This document shows positions 37,101-50,663 of a stretch of 64,000 nt of DNA, piece by piece. Position numbers and translations under genes: made by a program. The DNA comes from Octopus bimaculoides (taxonomy: Eukaryota), in NCBI RefSeq assembly GCF_001194135.2, contig NC_068982.1:35849122-35913121 (forward strand). Direction: 5' to 3'. The notes under the pieces are model-generated. The model saw only the letters and a list, made by a program, of their open reading frames with translations, ran no database searches and was not told where the DNA came from. Numbering within the stretch: position 1 is the stretch's first letter; every line of letters starts with the position of its first letter.

Positions 37101-40100
37101 TAGTCAAAGACTGGAGTCAATTTAATTGACTACCACTTTGTACCAACATGCAGCGAGATAGCATGATGCATCATTATCATCATTTAATGTCTGTTTTCCA
37201 TGTTGGCATGGGTTGGATGGTTTGACAAAAGCTGGTAGGGTTTGGAACTACACCAGGCTCCAGTTCCATTGTTTCTATGGCTGGATACCCTTCCTAATAC
37301 CAACTACTTTACAGAGTGCATTGGGTGCTTTTTATGTGACACCAACACAGGTCTCAATTCTGCTGCAGTGGACAGGTCTAACTATAAGATTGTTATGAAG
37401 TGACACATGGTTGATGTACACTACTGTCAATTAACATCTATATATAACATCCTACATTACTGCTGATACAATAGTCATACTTTCTAAAAGCAAATCCATT
37501 AAAAGGGATTTCTTAAAAAAACACTTATGGAATCAGTAGAATGTCAGATTCATAAACTTTTACATTGGTTGAAATAGAAAAAGATTCTTTAAGATGCACT
37601 GGTTTGAGTAATCAGGACCACTGTTAACCATAACTCTGGTCAGGCCCCAAATCTAAATGCATGCTAGCAATATATTTTAAAATTATAAAATAATGAAATT
37701 TTTCTTTTTATAAAATTGAACTGGAGGCCATTGGTACAGTCCATATTTTTGATACCTCTGAGCTATAACCTTGAAGGCAGTTTCCCCAAATGGCCTTAGT
37801 CTAATAACTGAAACCAAGAGTGCAGCAGCCATACAACAGCTTAGTGAGACTGTAAGTGCACAACAATAGATGCAGCCTTCTATCTCCATATTTTTTTGGT
37901 TATAAGCCAACTAATCCAATATGGTATTTGAGTTATTCTGCATAACCATACCATGTTTCAACAGGTAGATAAATTGGTGGTACATATCCTATGAAGGTAT
38001 TGTTGGCCATTAGCTTGTATGAGAAAGGTATGTGGTATCCAGCAAGATTAACTCTTTAGCATTCAGATTACTTTCTCAAATGTAATGATTATTTGTTCAC
38101 ATTGCTTTTTAATTAGTTACACATGAGCTTATGGCTTCAAGATTTTGACAATGTGATTGCTTATTTTTAGAATGATATTCTGGAGTAGGTGTGAGAGGCC
38201 AGTTTGAACATAACACAGGTAGAATATTTGGATCAGATATGACTGGTTTAAAAACTAAAATGTTAAAAATAAAATGTGATAAAGCAAATCCTGTTAGCAA
38301 CTTGCATGTACATAAAAGAAGGAAAACAAGAATTGAAACTCAAATAAAGGATTAACAATGAAAGTAAAGGTCATGATATGATTAAACATAAATGTGTAGA
38401 TTCTTTTTTTTTTTAATGAATGTTGTTTTTATAACTAGGATTTCTACAAGAGAAAAGAATGTCATTCAAGTCAAAACCATTTTCAGTTATCAAAAATAGT
38501 AAAAGATGAAAGCAAAATAAAAAAAGTTTCAAGATTGCCAGATAGCCTATTATGCCATTTCTCATTGGTACTTTATACTCTGATTTGTTTTACAAGTGTT
38601 AAAAATTTTAAGACAGCTGTTAGTATTTTCATGAATAGTTTTATATATATATATATATATATAATACAATGGAAACTTACAATGCCTATGCCTCTCAATT
38701 GCTTTTAGTCATCAAGACTGTCTGATGGTCTTACTTTTAGGACATTTAACTGAGTCATAACCTATTAAATATAATTGAAACAAAAATGAAAACCTATAGA
38801 AGGGAAAAACCCTAAATGTTTTTAATTTAATAAATTTATATCTGCCAAAAAGTTTTAATGAAATATTTATGAAAATGCTAAAACAAATGAATGCCCCATT
38901 TTCTTTAACATTTTATTCTGATTTTTATTTTTGTTTTTCAATTATAAATGCAGTAACTCAAAATGATATATACTTAGATTTTCTCACATTGTCCATGTTT
39001 GAATTATTTAGACAGATCTGTACACTACATTTGACTTCAAAGTAAGATTGAGTTTATGAATTATGATAAAATTAACATGCTTTATTTCTAATTGGTAATA
39101 TGATATAATATTTTCATTGCAATAGCATATAATATTTACATCTATCCACATGTAAATGCTTTCACCATATCCTCTTTAGTCATCTGCTTTCAAGTTTTCA
39201 AAACATGTGAGAGAAAGAGACAAATATCAAATATTTACAATCTTTGTATAGAATTTTATAATCAGTGCTGCTCATAAATGGCTGATCAGTCTTATTGATT
39301 TTTGTACAGAGAATATAGCAATTAAGATGTTCGTAGTTTTTCTCAAGGGCATTGTCAATGAAGATAAATGAAATGCTACTGCAGAAAATATAGATTCAAT
39401 CAATGTAAAAGACAAATTGGAAAGTAGATTTGTTTTTCATTCCATAATAAACACAATGAGAATATATATTGTCTATTTACCACTCATAAGTTAATTTGAT
39501 GAGACATGTCCAAGTGGTAAGATTGGTACAAATTTGGCATCAAGAAATGTTTGGCAAAATATAGTGAAATGTTCTGGAACAAAAAATTAATTTGTAAGCT
39601 AAATTTTCATTTGTAATTGTTTAACACCTTTGATGTCAATTTACGTGAGACTACATCGGGTCTATGATACAAAACCTCATTATAAATTGCTGGGCCAGTT
39701 TCAACATAAAACAGAATATTTGGGCTGGATATGGCTGCTTTAGATGCTAAAGGGTGCTAAAATATTGATGATGATACTGTAAAATATGTTTTTATTTTGT
39801 TTAAGTAAATATTCCAGATGAAAGCAAGCTGGGAAGTGATGAATTTATGTTGTCGGTATAGAGTAGACTGTTCTGTTCGTAATAACATGTTAAATACTGT
39901 TCTGTTGATGGTACCATGTGTATGATGATCAGTACTGCAAGTTTAAAATAAACCATGTCCAGGAGATAGCATGTATGTAAAGATTTGTGTTGACTGGCAA
40001 GCTGCTGAACTGTGTTGCTGCTTACAACAATTTGGTATACCTGTTAATACAGCATCATACATATTGCTGATTAATTGATGAGAATTCATTTAAATCAGTT

Positions 40101-40753
40101 CAGCCATTAAGTAAATTTTCATGGGCATGAGTCTATACTGTTGGCACATCACAAAACATAGTTCACCCTTTTTAGGAGAGGTTCACTAAAAGCGGTATGT
40201 GAGCACTGTACATCTACCAAAGATGAAAAATTTCTTTTATAATAATTATGTTCTTGGAGTATCATAATATGCGTTGTTGTAATTTGTTTACAGACCTGAT
40301 AATACACAGTCAAAAAGCAAAATTCAAATTAAACTCACTATGTATAGAAATAGCCTAAAGTTTGCACGTTTTGTAGTTGTCCCAAAGTCCTGAGGTACTA
40401 TTGTAGATTCAGCACAGTAGCCCACTCTGTGACAACTGCTATACACAGCTTGATTAACCAGAAAATTATATAGTCCTGGACTAGGTGTTATAAAAACTTT
40501 TAACTCTACCCAACTATACTTACTAAATTTAATACTCAAGATTTTTTTTTTTTTTAATAGAGGTGAAAAATTGTGAAATGAAATAATTCAAAATAGTTCT
40601 AACATGGATGTATTGTACAGCTGATGGCTGAAACTTATCTTTGTTCTACACAGAGGGTTCACAACCACCAGACTCTGGGTCGCACAGAGAATAACATTTT
40701 TAATTTTATTTTCATTTTCATTTTATTAACTATCACAGTCTGCAGAATTTTAT

Positions 40754-40964
40754 TATAGTGTCCATAAATTATTTTTACAACTTCCACAATTTATATTATC
40801 TATATCTTGCATGCAACCAATTGAGCCCAAATGGAAGTGTTCTGATATTTCTAATAAAACTTTATTTGTTTGCTTATGTTATCCAATTAACTCTGCTGAG
40901 TTATCCTTATTTCTTATTGTTTTCTGAACTTTAAAAATTGTAAAGGTAATTTATGGACACCCTG
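40754..40964. mobile_element. Tc1/mariner-type MITE (~210 bp)
   Basis: Left tagtgtccataaattatttttacaa versus the reverse complement of the right end cagggtgtccataaattacctttacaa; TA at the ends. Confidence 0.7.
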
Positions 40965-43900
40965 TATATGTATTACGTATATGTAATAATTAAATTATAT
41001 GTTATGCACTTTATTGCATTTTGTTAAACACATCATCCACCAATCTGTGGGAAAATCATCTTGCCTGAAACCAGTCCATGATACAGGGTTGGAGGTTGCT
41101 GCTCTACACAACTTAATTCTTTAACATTTAAACTGGCCATATTACCTTTCATCCATTCTGGGTTGATAAAATGCCAGTTTAAGTGCTGGAATTAACATTA
41201 TTGACGAAACCCTTCCCTTAAAATTGCTAGCCTTGTGCCTAAATCAAAAAACATCATCATTATTATTACTAAAGCAGCAAGTTGGCAGAATCATTAATTA
41301 GCATGTCAGGCAAAATGCTTAGCAGCATTTCATCCATCTTTACATTCTAAGTTCAAATTCCACAGAGGTTGGCTTTACCTTTCATCTTCTCAGGGTCAAT
41401 AAAATAAGTACCAACTGAGCATTGAGGTCAATGTAATCGACTAATCTCCCAAAATTTCAGGCCTTGTGCCTACAACAGAAAGGATTATTAAGCTTGCAGA
41501 ATCATTAGCACACCAGAGAAAATGCTTAGTGATGTTTCTTCTGATTTTATCTTGTTCCAATTCAACTGAGGTTGACTTTGCCTTTCATCCTACTAGCTCC
41601 AGTTGAGCACTTGGCTTGATGTATGCAACTTCTCCGCTTCCACAAAATGTAAGTCTTTCTACCTATAGTAGAAATATTATCATCGAGACAAACGAGCAGA
41701 CAAAATGCTTTATGACATTTCTCCTTGTTTTTTAATGTTCTGAGTTCAAATGCTGCCAAGGTTAACTTTGCCTTTCGTTGTGGTTGATGGAAAAAAAGTA
41801 CCAGTCCTGATCAGTGGAATGGCAGAATTGTTAGAACATCAGACAGAATGCTGGATCTGTTCCAGCTCTGCATTCTCAGTTCAAATCCTACCCCATCACA
41901 AAAAAACAGGGACACTTCTGTCAGCAGTTTCAACTGACTGATACAATCAATATTTGAAGAATCATGGGAAACAGTCAAATTGGTTCAATTGAAAGATCAA
42001 CTGCCATTACCAACATTATCATATCCATAAGTGCAATCTCTCTTGCACATTCTATCTGATTCTTCTTCTGCACAGTTTCCCTCTCAGCTCACCTGTTTAT
42101 ATGCATCCAGCAGAGCCTGTTGACTTTATTTCTTTCCAGTCTCCACATATTCAACATTTATGTCTTACTATAATATAGCATCATATTATGTAAACAAGAA
42201 ATTATTATCAACACAGGCAATAATTCCTTGAACTATTTCCACTATTCAGAGTATGATATGCTTTCATCACAGTCACCTCTACTGCTGATTAAGTCCATCA
42301 AATCATGAAACTTGACTACTTTAAGCAAGTCTGCTAGGCAGTTGATAGATTTCATTTTTTTTTTTTTTTGGAGTGAACTTATTGCTTACTACTTTTGTGC
42401 ATGTAGTACATATGAAATTCTTCCTGTCTTTGGACTGCCTGTTCTTTTGAAGGGCATTTTCATGCACCCATGGATTGCATTGAGCACTCAGTACTGTTTC
42501 TTATTTCTTTATTGCCCACAAGGGGTTAAACATAGAGGGGACAAACAAGGACAGACAGGGATTAGGTCAATTACATCGACCCCAGTGCGTAACTGGTACT
42601 TAATTTATTGACCCTGAAAGGATGAAAGGCAAAGTCGAGTTCGGTGGAATTTCAATTCAGAACATAATGGCAGACGAAATACCACTAAGCATTTCGCCTG
42701 GTGTGCTAATGTTTCTGCTAGCTAGCGGCCTTACACTCAGTACAGTTTCTTACTACCCCCTTGCCACACATCAAGATTGGCCACTTCCTAAATGGAAGTA
42801 GTTTTCTTTCCCACTTTTCCTCTAATTCAACAGACTGTTCATAGATCAAGATCAACAATATACATAAGCTTAAATAAACCACGATATGGTGAGGGATGTA
42901 TGTATTTGTGTATGCACCCCCCACCCAACATTGATGACCAATGGTGCGTTTACATCCACACAACTTTGCAGTTCAGTAAAAGAGACCAATAAAATAAGTA
43001 CTAGGCTTACAAATAAGTTCTGGGGTTGATTTGTTCAACTAAAAAAGCAGTGCTCCAGCATGGCCACAGTTAAATGACTGAAACCAGTAAAAAGAGAAGT
43101 AGACAACACATTGGTTCACCAATAGTTCAAGGTACAAAAAAAAAAAAAAAAAAAAAAACGCATCTAAACTTGATTTATTTCATTTGTGTTCACATTTCGA
43201 TGGTACCCTACTGTCAAAGCATTTTCCCGCCATTATGCACCAGTCTGGCTATTTATAAAAAGGCACCCAAAAGAATTGACTTAATTTGGCCTCCTCAGTG
43301 ATGGAACCCAAATGTTCTGAACTAAACCAAAAAAATGTTTTCGTATACAAATCACTACATAAAACATTTACTGGCTAACGAGAAAGCTAGTCATGTTAGA
43401 ATTAATTATGCATCCTTGAAACAGCTTTAGATTAAAATACAGTCCAAAAATTTGCCAAAGTTAAGTTTAGTAAAACTATTCAAATCTTGATTCTAAATGT
43501 TATCAAAATTTACCTTAGAAAGTTCGCCTAAGACTTTCAAATTAACCACTGATAATTCAGTTAATGCAGATGTTTTTGCATAGTTGTGAAATCAATAACT
43601 TTACACTGTTCTCTTATAACAGTGTAAAGTTATAAGTTTTTTCTTAGTTTCCTGTCAAAACTAGGTAGTATTCAATATGTGGTTTCACTATTACCTTTTC
43701 CATGTGGATAAAGACTAAAATTTCTAAAGAAAAGGATCAAACCAGTTACATCTCATCAGTGGTTACGACAAAGGTGTTCTTGCAGGGAACAAACCTTTAC
43801 AATGCTCAACAGTATTATTTGCAGCATCCTGCTCTTCACTAATATTTCAACTGTGTATGCTTGCTAATAAAACATTACAGCATCCACTAGCATTTAATAC

Positions 43901-45068
43901 TGAGCAAATGGGGGGGAAGTGGCTACGCAGTTGCTCAATCAACAAGAATAGAAGCATAATGTCTCCCAAATCACTTAAAAAGAACACATTAGATAAGGTT
44001 ATCCTAAAGATACAAACGAAAAGAAATAATCACAGTTGAAACACTTTTAACATAGATCCTTGCCCAGAGCACTTAAGTCAATTCAATTACTGATATGATA
44101 AAAAAAATATATATTTAGCACCATTAACCGATTAATCTCTATAAACAATTAAAGATTAGAAGTAAATAGCCACAGGTAATTTTAAATCAAATTTATTGAA
44201 CTTTACTGATCAAATACTATGGCAGGAATAGCCATCACAAATTAATCTGAAATACATTTACAAAAACAGACGGTTTGTAAGAACCCCCTCACCCTTATCA
44301 AAAAGAGGGTTGAAATTTTTTTTTTAATTACACAATACTTTAATGTCATTGATATAAAGTAAATATTTTGATCTTCATTGTGAAACCTGTAGTCATCGTC
44401 GTTATAAATGGGAAAATATACAGCAATTTCATATATAAGTAACCATCAAATCTTATCTGTTTGGTTAATTAAAAAAATTCTGAGGTTTGTGATCCAATTG
44501 CAACAAGAAATATCTCCTGTATTAAATTCCTTTATTTGTAGCAATAACTACACTATTAAATGACAATGCTATTTTAGTAATCAAGCCAGCACTGATTATA
44601 AAAGCTATGTGAAATTGTATGAATATTTAAACCAACACTTAAGTAGATCAGATAAAACAAAATGCAAACACTTAAAATATCGACTTGTATTTTCTGATGG
44701 AATAAAATAGATTAAAACTTGGCAATTTAATCATAATATTATTGAATATATTTCAACAATCTATACAAAAGAAAATTTAAAGACAAAAAAATAGAAATTA
44801 CATCATTTGATGTCAACTTAAAAAGCATGAAAGAAAAAAATGATTCCAGAAAAGAATTAATCAAATACTAATGCTATGAACTTTGGAATAACTTTCATTG
44901 TTGATGGGTTTTGAAATTCAACTACTAATAACAAAAGAGAAAAATGTAGTTTCATATGTATGAGGTGGAGTAGTAAGAAAAAAAAAAAAGACGAAAATAA
45001 CTGAGGTTTATATATGTGAAACAAGTTTTTGTTTTGTTTTGTTTTGTTTTTCCCTGCTCATTTATAGT

Positions 45069-45142
45069 TCAGGAATTCTTGTATCCTCGAACCATAGCCA
45101 GAACAGAAATATTCCCGTTATGCCATATGACGGAGCATTCAC
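45069..45142 (-). CDS. Tctex-1-domain dynein light chain-like gene, last exon
   Basis: Acceptor attttattttag, phase 1. (G)ECSVIWHNGNISVLAMVRGYKNS* aligns with DYNLT1 [20 protein letters not shown]. Confidence 0.85.
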
Positions 45143-45971
45143 CTAAAATAAAATATATTTAGTGAATTAATAAATTTGTTACATCACTAGAACTAGAAGT
45201 AAATCAGACGATAAAATTTTATTAGTGTTTGAAATTCGATTTTATTAACATTGATTTATAATGAATTCTATCTTTCTATAAAATTTGTTTAGAGAAACAT
45301 TGGAAAATTCACGAATGAAACAAAAATAAAGGGGAACAACTTTGATGGGCTTACTGGAAACTATCGACCCACATTTAAAAAATATTTTATTTAACCCTTT
45401 CCCTACCAACCCACATGAAACTGCTTAACGTGTTTAAATTTTAGAGTGAAATTATTTGAAACATCTAATTTTAACAAACATTTAAACTTTTCATATTCTT
45501 TATTCTTCTCAATAGCTTGTCTTTCGCGAATTAACTTTTGGTGTTAGGGTCACTGAAGATAAAGGCAATGCTAACATAAAATATAGATTTCTAACGTTAG
45601 CACAAATTTGAAAGGTGAGTAAAGTCGATAAAAACAACACTCTGCTTGACATCATTTTATCGACAAGAATGTCGAGTAAAGTTGACCTCGGACCCAAAAG
45701 TAACTAAATACCAAAACACGCAGTGGCGTACGGACCGGATAGAACGTCTACTTTATATACGTGTGCTTCTTGTAATCAGATATATGTTATGTTTAAGGAA
45801 GCCAATTTGGTTACTGTCCAAACCCGCGCTACACCACGTTAAATCCACGACTAAGTATTTTGATCGACGTTCTGACGGGTTCTGCCAATCCACTATCAAA
45901 ATTATAGAATATTAACATCAAGCATCAGAAAGAATCAGTGTTCTAGTACATAATATAAAGAATAAAAATAC

Positions 45972-46046
45972 CTCTTGACGCAGGATCTCCAGAAAACGTG
46001 GTTGCAACATATTGGTTAGGACTCCTTTGAGAAATGGTACACACAC
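45972..46046 (-). CDS. Tctex-1-like gene, exon D
   Basis: 75 nt, acceptor ctttttatattgcag, donor gtattt, phase 1/1. (G)VCTISQRSPNQYVATTFSGDPASR(G) versus DYNLT1 [27 protein letters not shown]. Confidence 0.85.
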
Positions 46047-47138
46047 CTGCAATATAAAAAGGAATATCATGCGTAATAATTACATTGCTTTTGTCAGTTC
46101 TGATCTTTTACTGGTTCTCACCACTGATGTTTGCTTCGTATTTTGGCAAGAATTCTTGTAAAATTAATCTAAAGTGATAAGATCTCGGCGAACCGAGTTA
46201 CGAACTCGCTTCAATTTCGATGGAAGCTAAATCAGCTTATGCTATTGATATCTTTGAGAATAGCAAGGACAAATACATTCCATCTCCAATAAATAAGTGA
46301 CCCTGAGTAAAGAAACCAGATATGCTTCAGTTTTTCTGAGTGGCGAATAAAATATTTTGCAATGATTAGCTAAAATCCATAGTTTAAATCTCGCTGAGAT
46401 TGACAGAATTTTATTTTCCAGTATTCTTGAAATAAAGCTTCAATCAAATACTAGTCAATGTAATTAACTATACTCCTCCCTTTAAATTTCCCCAGTTGTT
46501 CCAGTGTTGGAAATCAGTGAGTTCTCGAAAAAGGTTTTCAATTTCAATCTCATATTTCGATAAAAGAAAATAATTAGGTCGTCTATCTCGATTTACAGAT
46601 ACCTGTTTAAAACGTAAACACCTGCTCAAAAGCACACGCAAGTTCAGATAAAAAATATAATTCTGTAAGATGTTTTCTATTTGACCAACATCAAAGTGCT
46701 ATCTGATTTATAAAAGAAAAACCAGAAACATTGGTATCAATGAATTAACTACAACTGGAAATTGAAATAGACTTCCATATCACATTCAAACCATCGATTC
46801 AGCTTACACATAACTGTCAAAGAGTCCCGGTATTTAATACGATTTAAACAACTGTACAAAATTCTATCTCTTCTGTATAATATATTTAATAAGATAGTTA
46901 TAAAGGAGGGGTGAGGCTTTCAATTTGATATTAAAATTCTTTGCCCGTTAATTCCAGCCAATTTAGTTAATAAAAATGTTCGTCAAACAATGGTTTTAGA
47001 AGTTATATAATTATGAATAATACCGGCAGAAAATATCAGAATGGCTACAGTTTCTAAATATCAAAGGCAAAAGGAAGTTTTATAATCTTTACATAAATAA
47101 AAACGAAGTTTATTTAGCATCAAACTAGATCGACTGAC

Positions 47139-47262
47139 CTTGATATCGGAGATTTCGCCAAAGTCGGAGATGCTGAAAAGACAAATTAATTATCCTGTCA
47201 GACCATTTCTGGGCAAGTTCTTTAATATAATCGCTGTGTGGGCCAATTACTTGCTCTATTGT
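47139..47262 (-). CDS. Tctex-1-like gene, exon C
   Basis: 124 nt, acceptor ttctcttttaccag, donor gtcagt, phase 0/1. TIEQVIGPHSDYIKELAQKWSDRIINLSFQHLRLWRNLRYQ versus DYNLT1 [40 protein letters not shown]. Confidence 0.87.
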
Positions 47263-48581
47263 CTGGTAAAAGAGAACATCGACAAGTTACAATTACTAAA
47301 ACGGATTGTGAAATTCAAACGAGGATTAGTATCGAAGAGTTATTCTGTTAATAGACTACAAGAATAATCAAAAGTGACTGGATGGTTGATGTATTGACCG
47401 ACTGGCTGACTGAAGGGTAGTCTTGCTTTATCCGAATCATTTACGTAATGTCAAAGACGAGAACGACAAACAAAATACCTTTACGATCCCGCTGGATCAG
47501 ATTAGGTACTAAATTCGATTTAAACTATACTTCTATTGAATTTCTAATATAATGTGAGAAGCTTAAAAGAAAGAGTATAAAAAGCAGGCCGTAATTCTGT
47601 TTTTAAAAAAAGAGTCCTGGGACACCAATGTAGAAATTCTTTTGTTTAGATATGCTGCGATATGAAGTAAGAGTTAAATAATAACCTTCATTGCGTCTGT
47701 CCTGAACGAAAGCTCCTGAAATCCGTGATTTAATGGTAAATTACGTTTTTCAACCAGAGTTGTTCAGAAGCGACATACCGCTGACAGAATATTCCGTCAT
47801 TGTTGACGTCTCTCCTTATTAGGTGCCGTCATTTTCGCAATTACTACGTTTGGAGTTACCTTAATTTTTGGACGAACGTGCGGGTTTATTTTCTTCACTA
47901 ATTTTTGTTGTTACCATACATTTTTGTAAATTAACGGTCTAAGAAATATATATAACAGTTGAAATATATTAATATGTCCTTTTTACTATAGGAACAAAGC
48001 CTGGAATTTTGGGGGAGGGGGACTGTCGATTACGTCGACTCCAGTGCTCGACTGGTACTAATTTTATCAACTCCACAAGGATGAAAAGCAAAGACGACCT
48101 CGGCGGAATTTGAACTCAGAACGTAAAGACGGACGAAATGCCAGTTCGCCGCCTTACATTTATATGTAACATCAACGGCATTGATAATAAAACAAAAATA
48201 AACTCGGTATTCCGACAAAGTGAAACAAATACGTAATTTTGCAATGATTCAGTGAAAAGGAATATATTTTACACAAGAAATACAAAACAGTACTCTGATA
48301 TAATCCAAGTTCCAGCTAGTCACATCGAATGATAAAGGAACATAATATTAAGATAAACAATTATTTGGTATTTCACTCGACAGGTAAATCTGGAGTTCGC
48401 TTCCTAGGATTTTATAGAGCATACAGAATATATATTCAAGACATTTCTTTTAATGGTGTTTTGTGTGTATATGTGCATGTATATATCACCGTTTTTATTC
48501 ATAAATCATATTTGAGGAATTTGAAATTAATTTAGACTTCGTCCCTTATAAAGAGGTATTGGCAATCCATTTCATACTCAC

Positions 48582-48641
48582 ATCGATAATAATTTCAATT
48601 GCTTCCGCTGCATCGAATTCCACATTTGATCTCACATCCAC
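48582..48641 (-). CDS. Tctex-1-like gene, exon B
   Basis: 60 nt, acceptor ctttgtcacttttag, donor gtgagt, phase 0/0. VDVRSNVEFDAAEAIEIIID supplies the F-x-x-x-E helix start of the Tctex fold. Confidence 0.82.
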
Positions 48642-49134
48642 CTAAAAGTGACAAAGTATATATTACGATTAGGCATACAAAAAAAAAAAATCGAATGAAA
48701 ATTCCTATTTGTGACGTTCCTGCTTCTCCCAATAATATAAATTAGCTGCATTAGCGAATTTGCTTCTACTGGAAGGTAATATTGGTTGAAGATGTTGATT
48801 AACTAAATGTATAGTCCTTGATGTACAAAGTTATGTTTCTGAATAAATTTCTAAGACCAGAAAAAAAAAAACACGGCGATTAGTGCAGGAAACATGTCTT
48901 CTTTTTTGAGATAAAAAGTGGGGGCAGATATTAAGTGCAGTTTTATGAGATTATATGTATTAGACAAGAAAAGGCTAAGCGCAGGTATTAAAATATAACC
49001 AAGACAGGATGCAAAAGATGAATTGAGTAGGATGCTATAGAATTGTGTTAAGAGTTAAACTATTTCATTAATCTTTCCTTTTTTTTTTTTTCTTCAACTC
49101 ATTAAGCAATTAAACTTTAACGGAGAAAACTCAC

Positions 49135-49248
49135 TTTTACTGGGTAATTAGTTGGAGAAGGACTAATATAACGTTCTTGTGCACGCTGCTTTTCTATTAA
49201 ACGTGCTTGGTGTTTTAATTTATCGGCAATATAATAGTACGATTCCAT
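49135..49248 (-). CDS. Tctex-1-like gene, exon A (N-terminal extension; ATG uncertain)
   Basis: Donor AAA|gtgagt, phase 0; acceptor tttttacgtacag places the exon start at 49257. MESYYYIADKLKHQARLIEKQRAQERYISPSPTNYPVK is open in frame. The true start may lie further upstream. Confidence 0.6.
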
Positions 49249-49769
49249 AAATGTAGGCTGTACGTAAAAATGTGAATAGGACATTATTCTTCCATTCACT
49301 GAAGTTAACTGTTTATAGTCGACTCCCCATCATTACTTTTATATGTATACAAGTTCACCCTAACATTCATTTCATTTTAGCGCACTAGCAACATTTCTTC
49401 TGACTCTTTATGTTCTGAGTTCAAATTTGACCGAGGTCGATATAGCCTTTCATAATAGATAAAATAGATATGAGTTTAACACTGGCACCTAAATTGCTGG
49501 CCTTGGGCCAAAATTATTATTATTATTTTCTTATTTTTCGCTTGATTTCCATTTTATTTCATCTTCTGACCAGGTCTCAACGAGAGACTTAAGGCACGTA
49601 TATATTAGATGGAGAGACACTTCCTGAGAAGATGATCGGTTGATGTCAGCACAATTTTTATTATGTGAGATTGGTACACATGGAATTTTAAAAAATCAAA
49701 TTGCTCGTGATATCTGGTTTAAATATCAGGTAGTTTTTTTAAAAAAATGAAATTGTAAAGTTTAGGACG

Positions 49770-49777
49770 CCGGAAGT
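49770..49777. promoter_or_regulatory. ETS-type motif CCGGAAGT, candidate promoter of the Tctex-1-like gene
   Basis: acgccggaagttc about 510 bp upstream of exon A; same motif as at the SYF2 promoter. Confidence 0.35.
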
Positions 49778-50449
49778 TCTTGGAGTATCATATCCGCCAC
49801 CTTTCCTTTTTCATTTCACCTAAGCGTGTAATAGAAGCGATTCCCCATTGCAAGGAAAGTTTTCCTCAAGCAGTGAAGACCCTCTTTGGTGAAAAATGTG
49901 GATCAAAAGTATCTACTGCTGATATAGCAGCAATAGATACTTTTGCGTAAACAGTAATATGATCCAACGAGATGTATTTATGTGGTTCCTTACTTCATGG
50001 AACTTTAAAAATAATCTCTAATATTAATAGTAGAGATGTACGAATAAAGAGTAAATAGTTGAGACATATTTATTGAACTGCATCAGATAAATAGTGATTG
50101 ATAAAGATAGTAAAGATGATTATCCTATTGTTTTCTAATTAGACTATGTTAAAGTTGTGAAATGAGTTCTGGTCAAGAAGTGGTTCGAGTTATGACCATT
50201 TTTGCTTTTTTTATATTGTATATTTTGGTTTCGTTTTTCAGGCATAGTGTTTCAAGAACTATTGAATATATCCTTCGTTTATTAAAACAATAGTTGTGAT
50301 TTGAAGGAGATATAGTTGCTATTTCTAGCAAGTCAGTCGTCCACGTAGAGGCTCCCTGGTTAGCTCATATGAAAGGTGATTTAGTAGAGGTGATTTGTTT
50401 CACATTAAGTAAGTTTGGTTAAAAAATTATTAAAGGCTTAGGTAATATT

Positions 50450-50663
50450 GGTTTCAAATTTTGGCACAAGGTCAGCAACTTCGTGGGAGGAGTAAGGCAA
50501 TTGCATCGACCCCAGTGCTCAACTGGTACTTATTTTATCAACCCCTGAAAGGATGAAAGATGAAGTCGACCTCGGCAGAATTTGAACTCAGAATATAAAG
50601 ACGGAAGAAATGCTGCTAAGCATTTTGCTTGGTGTACCAACGATTCTGCCTGCTTGCCGCCCT
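50450..50663 (-). mobile_element. Family B SINE with 16-bp TSD
   Basis: TSD aggcttaggtaatatt (50434-50449) / aggctttggtaatatt (50664-50679). Confidence 0.88.

Noticed and set aside
40324-40539. Minus ORF with a gtgagt donor (PGLYNFL…FLYI)
   Set aside because: Weak acceptor, no recognisable homology and no partner exons found.
45062-46046. Alternative phase 0 reading of the last two Tctex-like exons (VCVPFLKG…/VNAPSYG…), resembling a small membrane protein
   Set aside because: The 124-nt exon at 47139-47262 imposes phase 1, which yields the Tctex-1 alignment. The other frame would apply only if that exon were skipped.
49905-49944. 40-nt hairpin (aaaagtatcta…tagatactttt)
   Set aside because: Too short for a pre-miRNA and AT-rich; could arise by chance.
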